Assembly: GCA_965216465.1 (NCBI GenBank)
Contig: CBDCFW010000006.1
Coordinates: forward strand, 1,056,001 to 1,120,000
Length of the DNA: 64,000 nucleotides
From: Bacteroidia bacterium
Lineage (GTDB): Bacteria > Bacteroidota > Bacteroidia > NS11-12g > UBA9320
Direction: 5' to 3'
Shown here: positions 20,720 through 29,780 of the stretch, one piece after another
Position numbering within the stretch: position 1 is the first letter of the stretch
How the letters are laid out: every line of letters starts with the position of its first letter
The notes under the pieces: generated by a model
Told to the model about the DNA's origin: nothing
Databases searched by the model: none
What the model saw: only the letters and a program-made list of their open reading frames with translations
Program-made: the position numbers and the translations under genes

Positions 20720-22126
20720 ATGAAAGTTAAATTTTGTGGGGCAGCACGTACGGTTACGGGCAGTTGTCATCTGATTACAACAGACGATGGAACCAATATT
20801 TTATTGGATTGTGGACTCTATCAAGGTAATGACCCTGATTTTGACGATTTTAATCAAGAGTGGGTGTTTGATCCAGCGGAAATCGATATAATGATATTAT
20901 CGCACAGTCATATCGACCATGCTGGCAGAATTCCTAAGTTAGTAAAAGATGGCTATAAAGGTGATATTATATGTACCAGTGCTACCAGAGATCTTGCGGC
21001 TATAATGCTTCTCGATTCGGCTTTTATTCAAGAAAAAGATAGTGCATGGATTAACAAGAAAAGAGCAAAGAAAGATTTGCCTCCTCTTAATCCTCTTTAT
21101 ACTGTTCCCGATGCCCAAAGAGCCATGGAACAGTTTGTTGGCATTGGGTACAAGCGATGGTATAGAATCAGTCCAAACATAGAGGTTCAATTCAATGATG
21201 CAGGACATATTTTAGGAAGCAGCAGCGTTACGCTTCGTATCGAAAAAGATCATGGTCATAAAGAGTATATTGGTTTTACTGGAGACATTGGAAGACCAGA
21301 TCGACCTATTCTTAGAGATCCTCAACCGATGCCGGCTTGTGACTACCTCATATGCGAATCAACCTATGGAGGACAGGAACATCAAGGAACACCAAATGAT
21401 GAAGACGACCTTCTCAAAGTAATTAAAAAAGCATGCGTTGAGAAAAAAGGAAAGCTAATAATTCCAGCATTTTCAGTAGGACGTACCCAAGAATTGGTGT
21501 ACATGATGGACCGATTGGAGACTAAAGGATTGTTGCCAAATATTCCAGTTTATGTCGATAGCCCTTTAGCAATTGACGCAACCGATATCTTCATTATGCA
21601 CCCGGAGTGCTATGATCAAGATATATTAGATTATATGGTCACTGATCCTAATCCTTTTGGATTTAGAAGACTTAAGTTTACTAAGAAATCGGATGCTAGT
21701 AAGGCCATCAATGAGTATAAAGGTCCTGCGATAATTATTTCAGCCAGTGGAATGATGCAAGCAGGCAGGGTGAAGCACCACCTGAATAACAACATTGAAG
21801 ATCCTCGAGCTACCATTTTAGTAGTCGGTTTTTGTGCTGAAGGTACCCTCGGCCGCTTAATTCGTGATGGAGCCGAAAAGGTTAAAATATTTGGTGATGA
21901 AAAAGAAGTGAATGCAGAAGTAGTTATAATGGATAGCTTCAGTGCCCATGGTGATCAAGAAGAAATGTTAGATTTCTTAGCGTTGCAAGACAAGAAAAAA
22001 CTAAAGAAAATATTCTTAGTTCATGGTGAAATTGATAGGCAAAAAGCATTCAAGGAAGCCATTCTTGAGAAAGGCTTTAAGAAGGTTGAAATTCCTGTTT
22101 TAGACCAAGTTTATAATATCGACTAG
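20720..22126 (+). CDS. MBL-fold beta-CASP ribonuclease
   Basis: GAARTVTGS, HSHIDH, AGHILGS, ESTYG, FSAHGD, VHGE motifs. Confidence 0.92.
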   Translation: MKVKFCGAARTVTGSCHLITTDDGTNILLDCGLYQGNDPDFDDFNQEWVFDPAEIDIMILSHSHIDHAGRIPKLVKDGYKGDIICTSATRDLAAIMLLDSAFIQEKDSAWINKKRAKKDLPPLNPLYTVPDAQRAMEQFVGIGYKRWYRISPNIEVQFNDAGHILGSSSVTLRIEKDHGHKEYIGFTGDIGRPDRPILRDPQPMPACDYLICESTYGGQEHQGTPNDEDDLLKVIKKACVEKKGKLIIPAFSVGRTQELVYMMDRLETKGLLPNIPVYVDSPLAIDATDIFIMHPECYDQDILDYMVTDPNPFGFRRLKFTKKSDASKAINEYKGPAIIISASGMMQAGRVKHHLNNNIEDPRATILVVGFCAEGTLGRLIRDGAEKVKIFGDEKEVNAEVVIMDSFSAHGDQEEMLDFLALQDKKKLKKIFLVHGEIDRQKAFKEAILEKGFKKVEIPVLDQVYNID

Positions 22127-22506
22127 TCGCCAAAGTATGACTTCATTGGTGTGAAGTAGTGGTCTATCCAACCTTGTTTGTATTGTTCACCATGTTCTGG
22201 CAAATTGGTATGAACGATTGTAACCTTTGTGCCGCTTGAAACTTTGTCGAACATCACTTCAATAGTCGAATGTTTCTCGTCAGCCGAAAATTCGCTAGTT
22301 CTCCAGAACTGCAAAATTCTGTTTTTAGGTTCAATTACAAGGTTGGTCCCGGAAATATATCCATCCCAAGCTGTAAATGTGTCACCAGGTTTGTCTGAAA
22401 CTTCGGCAGCACCTCCAGTCATTTCTGAATGTTTTTTACTGTCGAGCCAGGCTTTAAATACGTGCTTTCTTTTTGCAGGAATAATGTCGGAAACTGTAAA
22501 TTCCAT
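22123..22506 (-). CDS. SRPBCC/AHSA1-like domain protein
   Basis: FTAWDGYISG, WRTSEF, GWIDHYF motifs. Confidence 0.85.
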   Translation of the reverse strand: MEFTVSDIIPAKRKHVFKAWLDSKKHSEMTGGAAEVSDKPGDTFTAWDGYISGTNLVIEPKNRILQFWRTSEFSADEKHSTIEVMFDKVSSGTKVTIVHTNLPEHGEQYKQGWIDHYFTPMKSYFGD

Positions 22507-22623
22507 CTGTGCAAGTTACAAAATGTTGGTTACAACTGCATATCTAGAAAGTTTAATGATTCTCAATTGACATAGAGCTTACACGTTTTTGTAACCATTT
22601 GGATCAGGAGGCGTAGAAGTAGC

Positions 22624-23088
22624 ATGAAGAGATTTGTATTGATAAGCATAATCTTATTTGCCCTACAAGTTGTTCAAGCTGAAAATTATCTGGTCCTCAA
22701 GCAACGAGGGGGTGATAAAGAAGTTGTAATACAAGAAGGAGAGATGGTGGTTATTAAAACAACCAATAAACGCAAACATCGTGGAAAGCTGCATGTTGTT
22801 TCTGAGCAAGTAGTTCGCATTCAGAACAAGTTGATTCTTATATCGAACATTGAAAGTGTTGGTAAGAAAAACATGTATATAAGTAGAGCCGCGGCCCTAA
22901 TCGTAACCAATGGAATGAACATGCTGTTATTCGGTTTTAACGACAATTTGAGAAACGGTTGGGGTGAACCAAGCGATCTTCACAAGGCAAGTGTGCCAAT
23001 GCTGAGTGTAGGAATTCCGCTTTTGGCAATAACTCGGAAAAGAAAAATCTGGAACTGGGAAGTTTCAGTTGAGATGCGAGAGGACTAA
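22624..23088 (+). CDS. Hypothetical exported/membrane protein
   Basis: Signal peptide, hydrophobic C-terminal segments; preceded by ECF-like TGTAAC-N15-GCGTA. Confidence 0.6.
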   Translation: MKRFVLISIILFALQVVQAENYLVLKQRGGDKEVVIQEGEMVVIKTTNKRKHRGKLHVVSEQVVRIQNKLILISNIESVGKKNMYISRAAALIVTNGMNMLLFGFNDNLRNGWGEPSDLHKASVPMLSVGIPLLAITRKRKIWNWEVSVEMRED

Positions 23089-24380
23089 CCTTTCATAATC
23101 GCTTCGATCTCATCAACTTCAATTGGCATTCCAACTTCGTCCATCATATCTACAGGACCGTTATCGGTAATTAGAATTTGATTTTCGATTCGAACACCAA
23201 TTCCTTCTTCGTTGATGTAGATTCCTGGTTCGCAAGAGAATGTCATTCCTGCTTGCATAGGCTCATAACGCATTCCGCTATCATGAACATCAATTCCTAA
23301 GAAGTGGCTGGTTCCATGCATAAAATACTTTTTCACCGCTGGCCAGTTTGGGTCTTCGTTGGCTACATCTTCTTTGGTAAGCAAACCTAGTCCAATAAGT
23401 TCTTCGGTCATCAGTCCTTCTACTTCCTTTTGGTATTCCATGAGCATGGTGCCTGGAACTAGCTTTTGGCGTGCTTGTTTCATTACTCTAAGCGTAGCAT
23501 TGTAAACATCCGCTTGGCGAGGTGAGAATGTTCCATTCGCAGGTAAGCAACGGGTCATGTCGCTGGCATAGTTTGCGTAATCCACTCCGCAGTCAACCAA
23601 GATTAAGTGACCATCTTTAACTTCTTTATTGTTTTCGATATAGTGCAAAGTGCAGGCTGCTGGTCCACTGGCTACAATTGGCTCAAAGCTAAATCCATTG
23701 CCTCTATTGCGAAGAAATTCATGGGCTAATTCGGCTTCAATCTCATGCTCCCATACACCTGGTTTAACAAACTTCATAATACGCTCCCAACCCATTTTCG
23801 AAATCTTAACCGCTTCTCGCATAACCTCTAGTTCAGTAGCAGTTTTAATTGATCGTAAACGTTGAAGAATCTTTCCTGCTCTTTTATAGGTGTGAAGCGG
23901 ATAAAGTTCTTTCAACTCGTTTGCAAAATCTAAAGCTTTATTTGGAGACTTAGGAGAGAAACGATCGTTCTCATTCAATGGCAAGTAAATATTATCTGCC
24001 ATGTTAATGATTTGACGAAGCTTTTGCATATAGCCATCATTCCAGAAAACATTAGCAATTCCACTGGTTGCGGTTGCATCAGCTTTAGTGTATTTATATC
24101 CTTCCCAAATAGCAATGTGCTCGTTGGTTTCCATCAAGAATAAACATTCTCTATACTCCGGAATCGGACAATCCGGGAAGAGAACCAAAACACTATCTTC
24201 TTGGTCAATTCCGCACATCCAAAAAATATCAGAATTCTGCTTGAACTTGTACATCGCATCTCCATTCCAGCTATACTGATAATTGCTGTGAAAAATTGCA
24301 ATGCTGTTTGGCTCCATTTGAGCTACAAAACGCTTTCTATTTTCTATAAATATTTGATTGTTGAGTCGTGGATATTTCAT
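23085..24380 (-). CDS. pepP: Xaa-Pro aminopeptidase (M24B)
   Basis: DCG...YASDMTR, HGTSHFLGIDVHD, EPGIY, GVRIEN; ATG at 24380. Confidence 0.92.
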   Translation of the reverse strand: MKYPRLNNQIFIENRKRFVAQMEPNSIAIFHSNYQYSWNGDAMYKFKQNSDIFWMCGIDQEDSVLVLFPDCPIPEYRECLFLMETNEHIAIWEGYKYTKADATATSGIANVFWNDGYMQKLRQIINMADNIYLPLNENDRFSPKSPNKALDFANELKELYPLHTYKRAGKILQRLRSIKTATELEVMREAVKISKMGWERIMKFVKPGVWEHEIEAELAHEFLRNRGNGFSFEPIVASGPAACTLHYIENNKEVKDGHLILVDCGVDYANYASDMTRCLPANGTFSPRQADVYNATLRVMKQARQKLVPGTMLMEYQKEVEGLMTEELIGLGLLTKEDVANEDPNWPAVKKYFMHGTSHFLGIDVHDSGMRYEPMQAGMTFSCEPGIYINEEGIGVRIENQILITDNGPVDMMDEVGMPIEVDEIEAIMKG

Positions 24381-24544
24381 GGGTAGCAAACCTACATAAA
24401 TTTTTGCATTAGCCTACCTAAATTCTAGGCTTAGGCATAAAATTTGAATGCATTTTAAATATTTAAATAAATTTGTTCTGACACAGTTGTGACATTGAAA
24501 GTGTTTACCAAAGTGTACATTTTAGCATTAACTAGAAAAGCATC

Positions 24545-26515
24545 ATGAAACGAATATTAACTCTCACATTAATTCTGGTCTTTAACCTTGGATTTTTCCA
24601 GGCAAAGGCACCAATCAAGAAACTGGCTTTAATTGTTGCTATAGGCAACTATGAAGAAGCAACCGGATGGAAGAAGATTTCTTCGTTGAACGATGTTGCA
24701 CTAATTTCAGGGGCACTTGAATCTCAAGGATTTTCAAAATCTGATATCAAAGTTATTCGTGACGCGGAGGCATCAAAAGCAGGAATTATACAAGCACTAA
24801 AAGATCTTGAAAATCGCGCTGAAAAAGGAGATATTGTTGTGGTACATTTTAGCAGTCACGGACAGCAAATCGAAGACAACAACCGCGATGAATTGGATGG
24901 ATTAGACGAAGCTATAGTTGGCTTTGGGGCTCCAGCATACTTCGATGAGGGGTACAACGGTGAAAACCATTTAAGAGATGAGGAACTTGGTGAAAGATTG
25001 GATGATATCCGTCAAAAGATAGGAAAAGAGGGGGATGTTCTGGTTCTTGTAGATGCTTGCCACAGTGGAACAGCAACACGAGGGCCTGAAATTCCACGTG
25101 GAGGAGTAGGACCATATGTCAGCAAAAACTTCAAGAAGAAAGTTGTTGAGCATCAAGATATTGGAATGTTCGAAAAGAATAACCCGATGTCAAGAGGGTC
25201 TTCAGACATGGCTCCAATGGTTGTTATTAGCGGTTCACGAGCGGATGAAACCAATAAGGAGTTTAATGGTGCCGGATCTTTGTCGGTAGCTTTTTCAAGA
25301 AGCTTCAACAATTTAAACAGCAACTATTCATACAGAACACTCTTCAGCAAAATTGCTAAAGAAATGAGTGTAATTGCACCTAAACAAACCCCTGCCATTG
25401 AAGGAGATATCGATCGATTATTGTTTGGTGGAGAAGTGGTTTCTCAGGAGCTGTACTATGGCGTTCTAAGCTTAGATGAAGACGCAATTGTGATTAACGG
25501 TGGTGTGTTTACCGGTTTGAACGAAGAAACTACGATTAAAATATACCCAAGCGGCACGATCAATACCAAAGGTGTTGAACCAATAACAACTGGAACAATA
25601 TCTTTTGCTGAAGGCTTTGAATCGAATGCGATTTTAGATAAGCCGCTCGAAGGAAACGCATCAGATTACTGGGTTTTTATTGATGAGAAAACATTTGGAG
25701 ATGTAACAATCAAAGTGAGCTTGGATAAGATCGATGATAGAACTTTAAAGCAAAACCTTACCACTTTCTTTGAAGGATATCCTTTAGCTAATGTAAGCTC
25801 TGACGCTGAATTTTATCTGGATGAAGCAGGAAGCAGAGTAAAACTGGTTCGCGTGAGTAACGATGAAACATTCAAAAATCAAATTCCAGTGAATGATGGG
25901 TTTAGAAAGCTTAAGTCTACCCTTTCGAGCTATGCTCAAGGCAAGTTTTTAAAAGGACTTGAATTGAGTAATCCAGATTACAATATTGAGCTTCAACTTA
26001 TTCCAGTTAAGATGAAAGGGAATACTGTTGGTGATACTCTTGATATTGAAACCAAGCTTGACGACGGAGGGATGGCTGCTTTCAGTACCAAAGACACTGT
26101 GATTATTCGTTTGATAAACAACTCAACCTTCCCAGTATATTTCAACATTATTGATATTCAACCTGATGGTAAGATTAACCCAATTTTGCCAAATCCAAGA
26201 AAAAGTCACAACCCTGTAGACTTTAGAATTGGGGCAGGTGAAACCTTTGATGTTAGAGGAAAATATGTACACTTTAGTCCGCCATATGGAGTAGAGACAT
26301 TCAAGGTGTTTGCCAGCTATCAACCGCTCAATTTCTCACCAATCTTTATGACCAAAGGAGGTGGAAGCAGCACTCGCGGAAACTTGAGCAATGAGGTAGA
26401 AAAGTTATTTGCAGACAGTTATTCTATGAGCAGAGGAGCTGATGTTGGAAGCCTAAGTGCGAGCACGGATGCATGTACGTTCTCCTACACATTTAAAATA
26501 GTTAGACCTAATTAA
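24545..26515 (+). CDS. Exported caspase-family (C14) cysteine protease with C-terminal DUF4384-like domain
   Basis: Signal peptide; ALIVAIGNY, HFSSHG and DACHSG dyad, QTPAIEG; C-terminal YFNIIDIQPDG...PPYGVETFKVFAS. Confidence 0.9.
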   Translation: MKRILTLTLILVFNLGFFQAKAPIKKLALIVAIGNYEEATGWKKISSLNDVALISGALESQGFSKSDIKVIRDAEASKAGIIQALKDLENRAEKGDIVVVHFSSHGQQIEDNNRDELDGLDEAIVGFGAPAYFDEGYNGENHLRDEELGERLDDIRQKIGKEGDVLVLVDACHSGTATRGPEIPRGGVGPYVSKNFKKKVVEHQDIGMFEKNNPMSRGSSDMAPMVVISGSRADETNKEFNGAGSLSVAFSRSFNNLNSNYSYRTLFSKIAKEMSVIAPKQTPAIEGDIDRLLFGGEVVSQELYYGVLSLDEDAIVINGGVFTGLNEETTIKIYPSGTINTKGVEPITTGTISFAEGFESNAILDKPLEGNASDYWVFIDEKTFGDVTIKVSLDKIDDRTLKQNLTTFFEGYPLANVSSDAEFYLDEAGSRVKLVRVSNDETFKNQIPVNDGFRKLKSTLSSYAQGKFLKGLELSNPDYNIELQLIPVKMKGNTVGDTLDIETKLDDGGMAAFSTKDTVIIRLINNSTFPVYFNIIDIQPDGKINPILPNPRKSHNPVDFRIGAGETFDVRGKYVHFSPPYGVETFKVFASYQPLNFSPIFMTKGGGSSTRGNLSNEVEKLFADSYSMSRGADVGSLSASTDACTFSYTFKIVRPN

Positions 26516-26526
26516 TAAAGTAAATC

Positions 26527-28140
26527 ATGAAAAATAAATTAACCCTACTAATAATCGGCTTGCTTTTATCAAGTATGAGTTTTGCTCAAGACACTTTAAA
26601 AGGCAAACCAGAACCAAAATCCTTTCCCTTTGGGAATCCAATGGATACCGCTTCGCGCGGCTTCTATGGAATTGATGATCGTAAAGAAGTAGAAGACATC
26701 GATTGGATTAAGGATTACACCAGAGCTACGGCGGTGATGATAAGAAAGAAAGATCTCAAAGGGAACAAGCTTTATGCGCCTACTTTACGTCAAGAACTTG
26801 AATATGCTCATAAAACCAAAAAATTTGAAGGTGTTCGTTACCTAGACCAACCTATAGCCGCATACTGCACTGGGTTTTTAATAGCTCCAGATATTATGGT
26901 TACTGCAGGCCATTGTATAGAAACCATGGATGATGCAGATGACTACCTGTGGCTTTTTGATTACACGATTGAAAATAACTACAATCCAAGAACGGGTTAT
27001 TTGACTGTTGATCTTAACAATGTGTACCGCGTTACTGAAATAATGGATGCCTTGCTTTATGACGGAGCTCAGTTTGATGAAGATCTAAATCTGGTGGATG
27101 TAAGTTACGATTATTCATTCATGAAGCTTGATCGAGAATCTGACCGCAGACCATATCGTTTCAGAACGGGTGGAACAGTTGGATTATTTACTGATATGTA
27201 CACCATTGGTTGTCCGTCAGGCCTTCCCCTCAAACTTACAGATAATGCGTTTGTAGTTGGAAACAGTGAGAACGAATGGTTTAAAACCAATATTGATGGA
27301 TTCCCCGGGAATTCTGGAGGGCCCGTTTTTGATGAATTGGGATGGATTGAAGGCATTCATGTGAGAGGCAGTATTAAGTATTCTAAAGAGCGTAAAAAAT
27401 GGACTGGAGACTATATCTACGACAAAGATTGTGACTGTGTTAAAACAGTAAGTTGGTACGGAACTTATCAACCAACCGATGCAGAAAATTATGTAATTGG
27501 TTCTCATGAGCATCGCATCGGTTCAATTAAGAAAAGGTCAATTTTGGTCGAAGCGATTTACAACAATGTAGATTGGGCATTACGCCATAATGATAAAGAT
27601 AGACTAGATTTTTGGTTGGCTTACAGTTGGATTGTAGAATCTGATTACACAGCAGGTCGGGGCAAATTTGAACAGACAGCTGTCAAATTGAATAATCTTG
27701 AAATGCTGAAAAGACTACAAGATTTTGGAGGAAGTGTTAAGCTGTTAGATGAGAATGGTCGGAGCTTTATTTTTAACGCGATTGAGCACAAAAATGCTGA
27801 TATGCTACAATATTTGTTGCGTAAAGGAGTTAGTCCTAACAAAGCTGATTCAAAAGGAGTTTATCCTATTCAGTATGCGATGGATAAGTATCAAATCGAC
27901 ATGGTTAACATGTTGATTGAAAGAGGAGCAAAGGTTAACGTTAAAAATGGATATGGAAGCAGTTTGTTGCACGAGGCCGTTGAAATGGATAACATGGAAC
28001 TGGTAAGATTGCTCATAGCGAATGGTGCTGATCACAATGCTGAAGATGTTGATGGCTTAACTCCATTCAAATTAGCGAAGAAAAGAAAATACAAAAGCCT
28101 AAAGAAGTACTTGAAAAAAGTAAAGAAAGGCAAAGCCTAA
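26527..28140 (+). CDS. Exported trypsin-like (S1) serine protease with C-terminal ankyrin repeats
   Basis: Signal peptide; CTGFLI, TAGHC, DYSF, GNSGGP triad; about 4 ankyrin repeats (LLHEAV, LIANGAD, GLTPF). Confidence 0.9.
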   Translation: MKNKLTLLIIGLLLSSMSFAQDTLKGKPEPKSFPFGNPMDTASRGFYGIDDRKEVEDIDWIKDYTRATAVMIRKKDLKGNKLYAPTLRQELEYAHKTKKFEGVRYLDQPIAAYCTGFLIAPDIMVTAGHCIETMDDADDYLWLFDYTIENNYNPRTGYLTVDLNNVYRVTEIMDALLYDGAQFDEDLNLVDVSYDYSFMKLDRESDRRPYRFRTGGTVGLFTDMYTIGCPSGLPLKLTDNAFVVGNSENEWFKTNIDGFPGNSGGPVFDELGWIEGIHVRGSIKYSKERKKWTGDYIYDKDCDCVKTVSWYGTYQPTDAENYVIGSHEHRIGSIKKRSILVEAIYNNVDWALRHNDKDRLDFWLAYSWIVESDYTAGRGKFEQTAVKLNNLEMLKRLQDFGGSVKLLDENGRSFIFNAIEHKNADMLQYLLRKGVSPNKADSKGVYPIQYAMDKYQIDMVNMLIERGAKVNVKNGYGSSLLHEAVEMDNMELVRLLIANGADHNAEDVDGLTPFKLAKKRKYKSLKKYLKKVKKGKA

Positions 28141-28143
28141 ATC

Positions 28144-29703
28144 ATGAGAATTCTCTTATCCATATTCTTAATTAGCCTTACAATTTGGTCTATTGCACAG
28201 GTCAAACCTGAAACAGAAGCGTACGAGTTCCCTTACGGAGATTTGGCAGACACTTCACGCGGGGTATTTGGCGATGACAATAGAAAAGAGGTTAAGGATG
28301 CAACGGAGTATCATCAGCTTGTTAGAGCAACCGCGGTGATGGTTCACAAGGATAAGATTCGAGGAAATAAAATATACAGTGAAACACTTCGTTCACGTTT
28401 GTCGCGAAAGTTTAATACAGATAGCTTTCATGAAAATGTGAAGTTTTTAGATCAACCGACTTGTGCAACATGTACAGGATTTTTGATTGCTCCTGATATT
28501 TTAGTAACAGCAGGGCATTGCATCGAAAAGCTTGAAGATGCAAAAAACTACGTATGGGTGTTTGACTATACTTTAGAAAAAAACTACAACGCATTTGCAG
28601 GCTATATTACGATTGATACTGCGGATATTTATTCCGTGACAGAAGTAATGGGGGCTTATTTTCAGTCGCTGAGTACCTATACCGATTACTCCTTTTTACG
28701 ATTGAATAAGAAGTCGAGTAGAGAACCCTATCATTTTAGAACAAGCGGTAAGGTGGCAAACTATAGCAATGTTTATACGATTGGATCTCCAACAGGATTG
28801 CCCCTAAAACTTGCAGACAATGCTTGGGTGGTGAACAATAGCTATGAAAGCTGGTTCAGAAACAGCATTGACGGATTTCCAGGAAACTCTGGTGGACCTG
28901 TATTTAACGAATATGGTCTCATTGAAGGAATTCATGTTCGAGGAGCAGTAGAATTAGCGGGTAAAAATTATACCGGCGACTATAAGTTCGATAGTACATG
29001 CAATTGTGTTAAAACAGTTCAATGGAGCTCAACTTGGGGAACTGAAGGTTCGCATGCTCATCGTATTACTGCCGTTCCTACGGAATTACTGCACGAAGCA
29101 CTGTATGGCAACTTTGTTTATGCCATTGATAATGGTGACATGGAGCGGTTGGAAGATTGGCTTGCCTATTCGTGGTTTACAAATTCTGAAATGGCACAGA
29201 AGCGAGGACGTTTTGAGTTTATGGTAGCAGAGAAAAACAACCTTGAAATGTTGAAACTTATCTTAGACCACAGTTTAAATCCAAGGGTAGTTGATTCAAA
29301 TGGTAAAAGTCTTTTGTTCTATGCTATGAATAACGACAATGAAGAAATGCTACGCTACCTATTACGTAAAGGAGTTAGCCCCAACAAAAGAGATAATCAA
29401 GAAAATTTGGTGTTGACAGAAGCAATAAGACAATCCAAGATCCCTATTGCACGAGCACTTATTGAACGAGGTGCAAATGTTAATGCAATAGATCATACAG
29501 GTGAAAATGCGTTACACATTGCGGCTCGAACCTGGAGTGTTGAATGGGTTGGGATGATTATAGCCAAAGGCGGAGATTATTCTATAAAAAATGAACAGGG
29601 TTGGGATGCGATTAAAATAGCGCGAAAGTCAAAAAATAAAGATGTTAAGCGTTATCTCAAACTTGTAAAAAAAGGCAAATTGCCGAGCATGATTTCAATC
29701 TGA
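28144..29703 (+). CDS. Exported trypsin-like (S1) serine protease with ankyrin repeats (paralog of previous gene)
   Basis: Signal peptide; TAGHC, DYSF, GNSGGP; ankyrin repeats (GENALHIAA, LIERGANVN). Confidence 0.9.
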   Translation: MRILLSIFLISLTIWSIAQVKPETEAYEFPYGDLADTSRGVFGDDNRKEVKDATEYHQLVRATAVMVHKDKIRGNKIYSETLRSRLSRKFNTDSFHENVKFLDQPTCATCTGFLIAPDILVTAGHCIEKLEDAKNYVWVFDYTLEKNYNAFAGYITIDTADIYSVTEVMGAYFQSLSTYTDYSFLRLNKKSSREPYHFRTSGKVANYSNVYTIGSPTGLPLKLADNAWVVNNSYESWFRNSIDGFPGNSGGPVFNEYGLIEGIHVRGAVELAGKNYTGDYKFDSTCNCVKTVQWSSTWGTEGSHAHRITAVPTELLHEALYGNFVYAIDNGDMERLEDWLAYSWFTNSEMAQKRGRFEFMVAEKNNLEMLKLILDHSLNPRVVDSNGKSLLFYAMNNDNEEMLRYLLRKGVSPNKRDNQENLVLTEAIRQSKIPIARALIERGANVNAIDHTGENALHIAARTWSVEWVGMIIAKGGDYSIKNEQGWDAIKIARKSKNKDVKRYLKLVKKGKLPSMISI

Positions 29704-29780
29704 AAAAAATGCATTTTGGGTCATTAAGAATGGCAACTATCCCTTTTGTTTTTGTTACCTTTGGGACTTTGATTTAAGAA

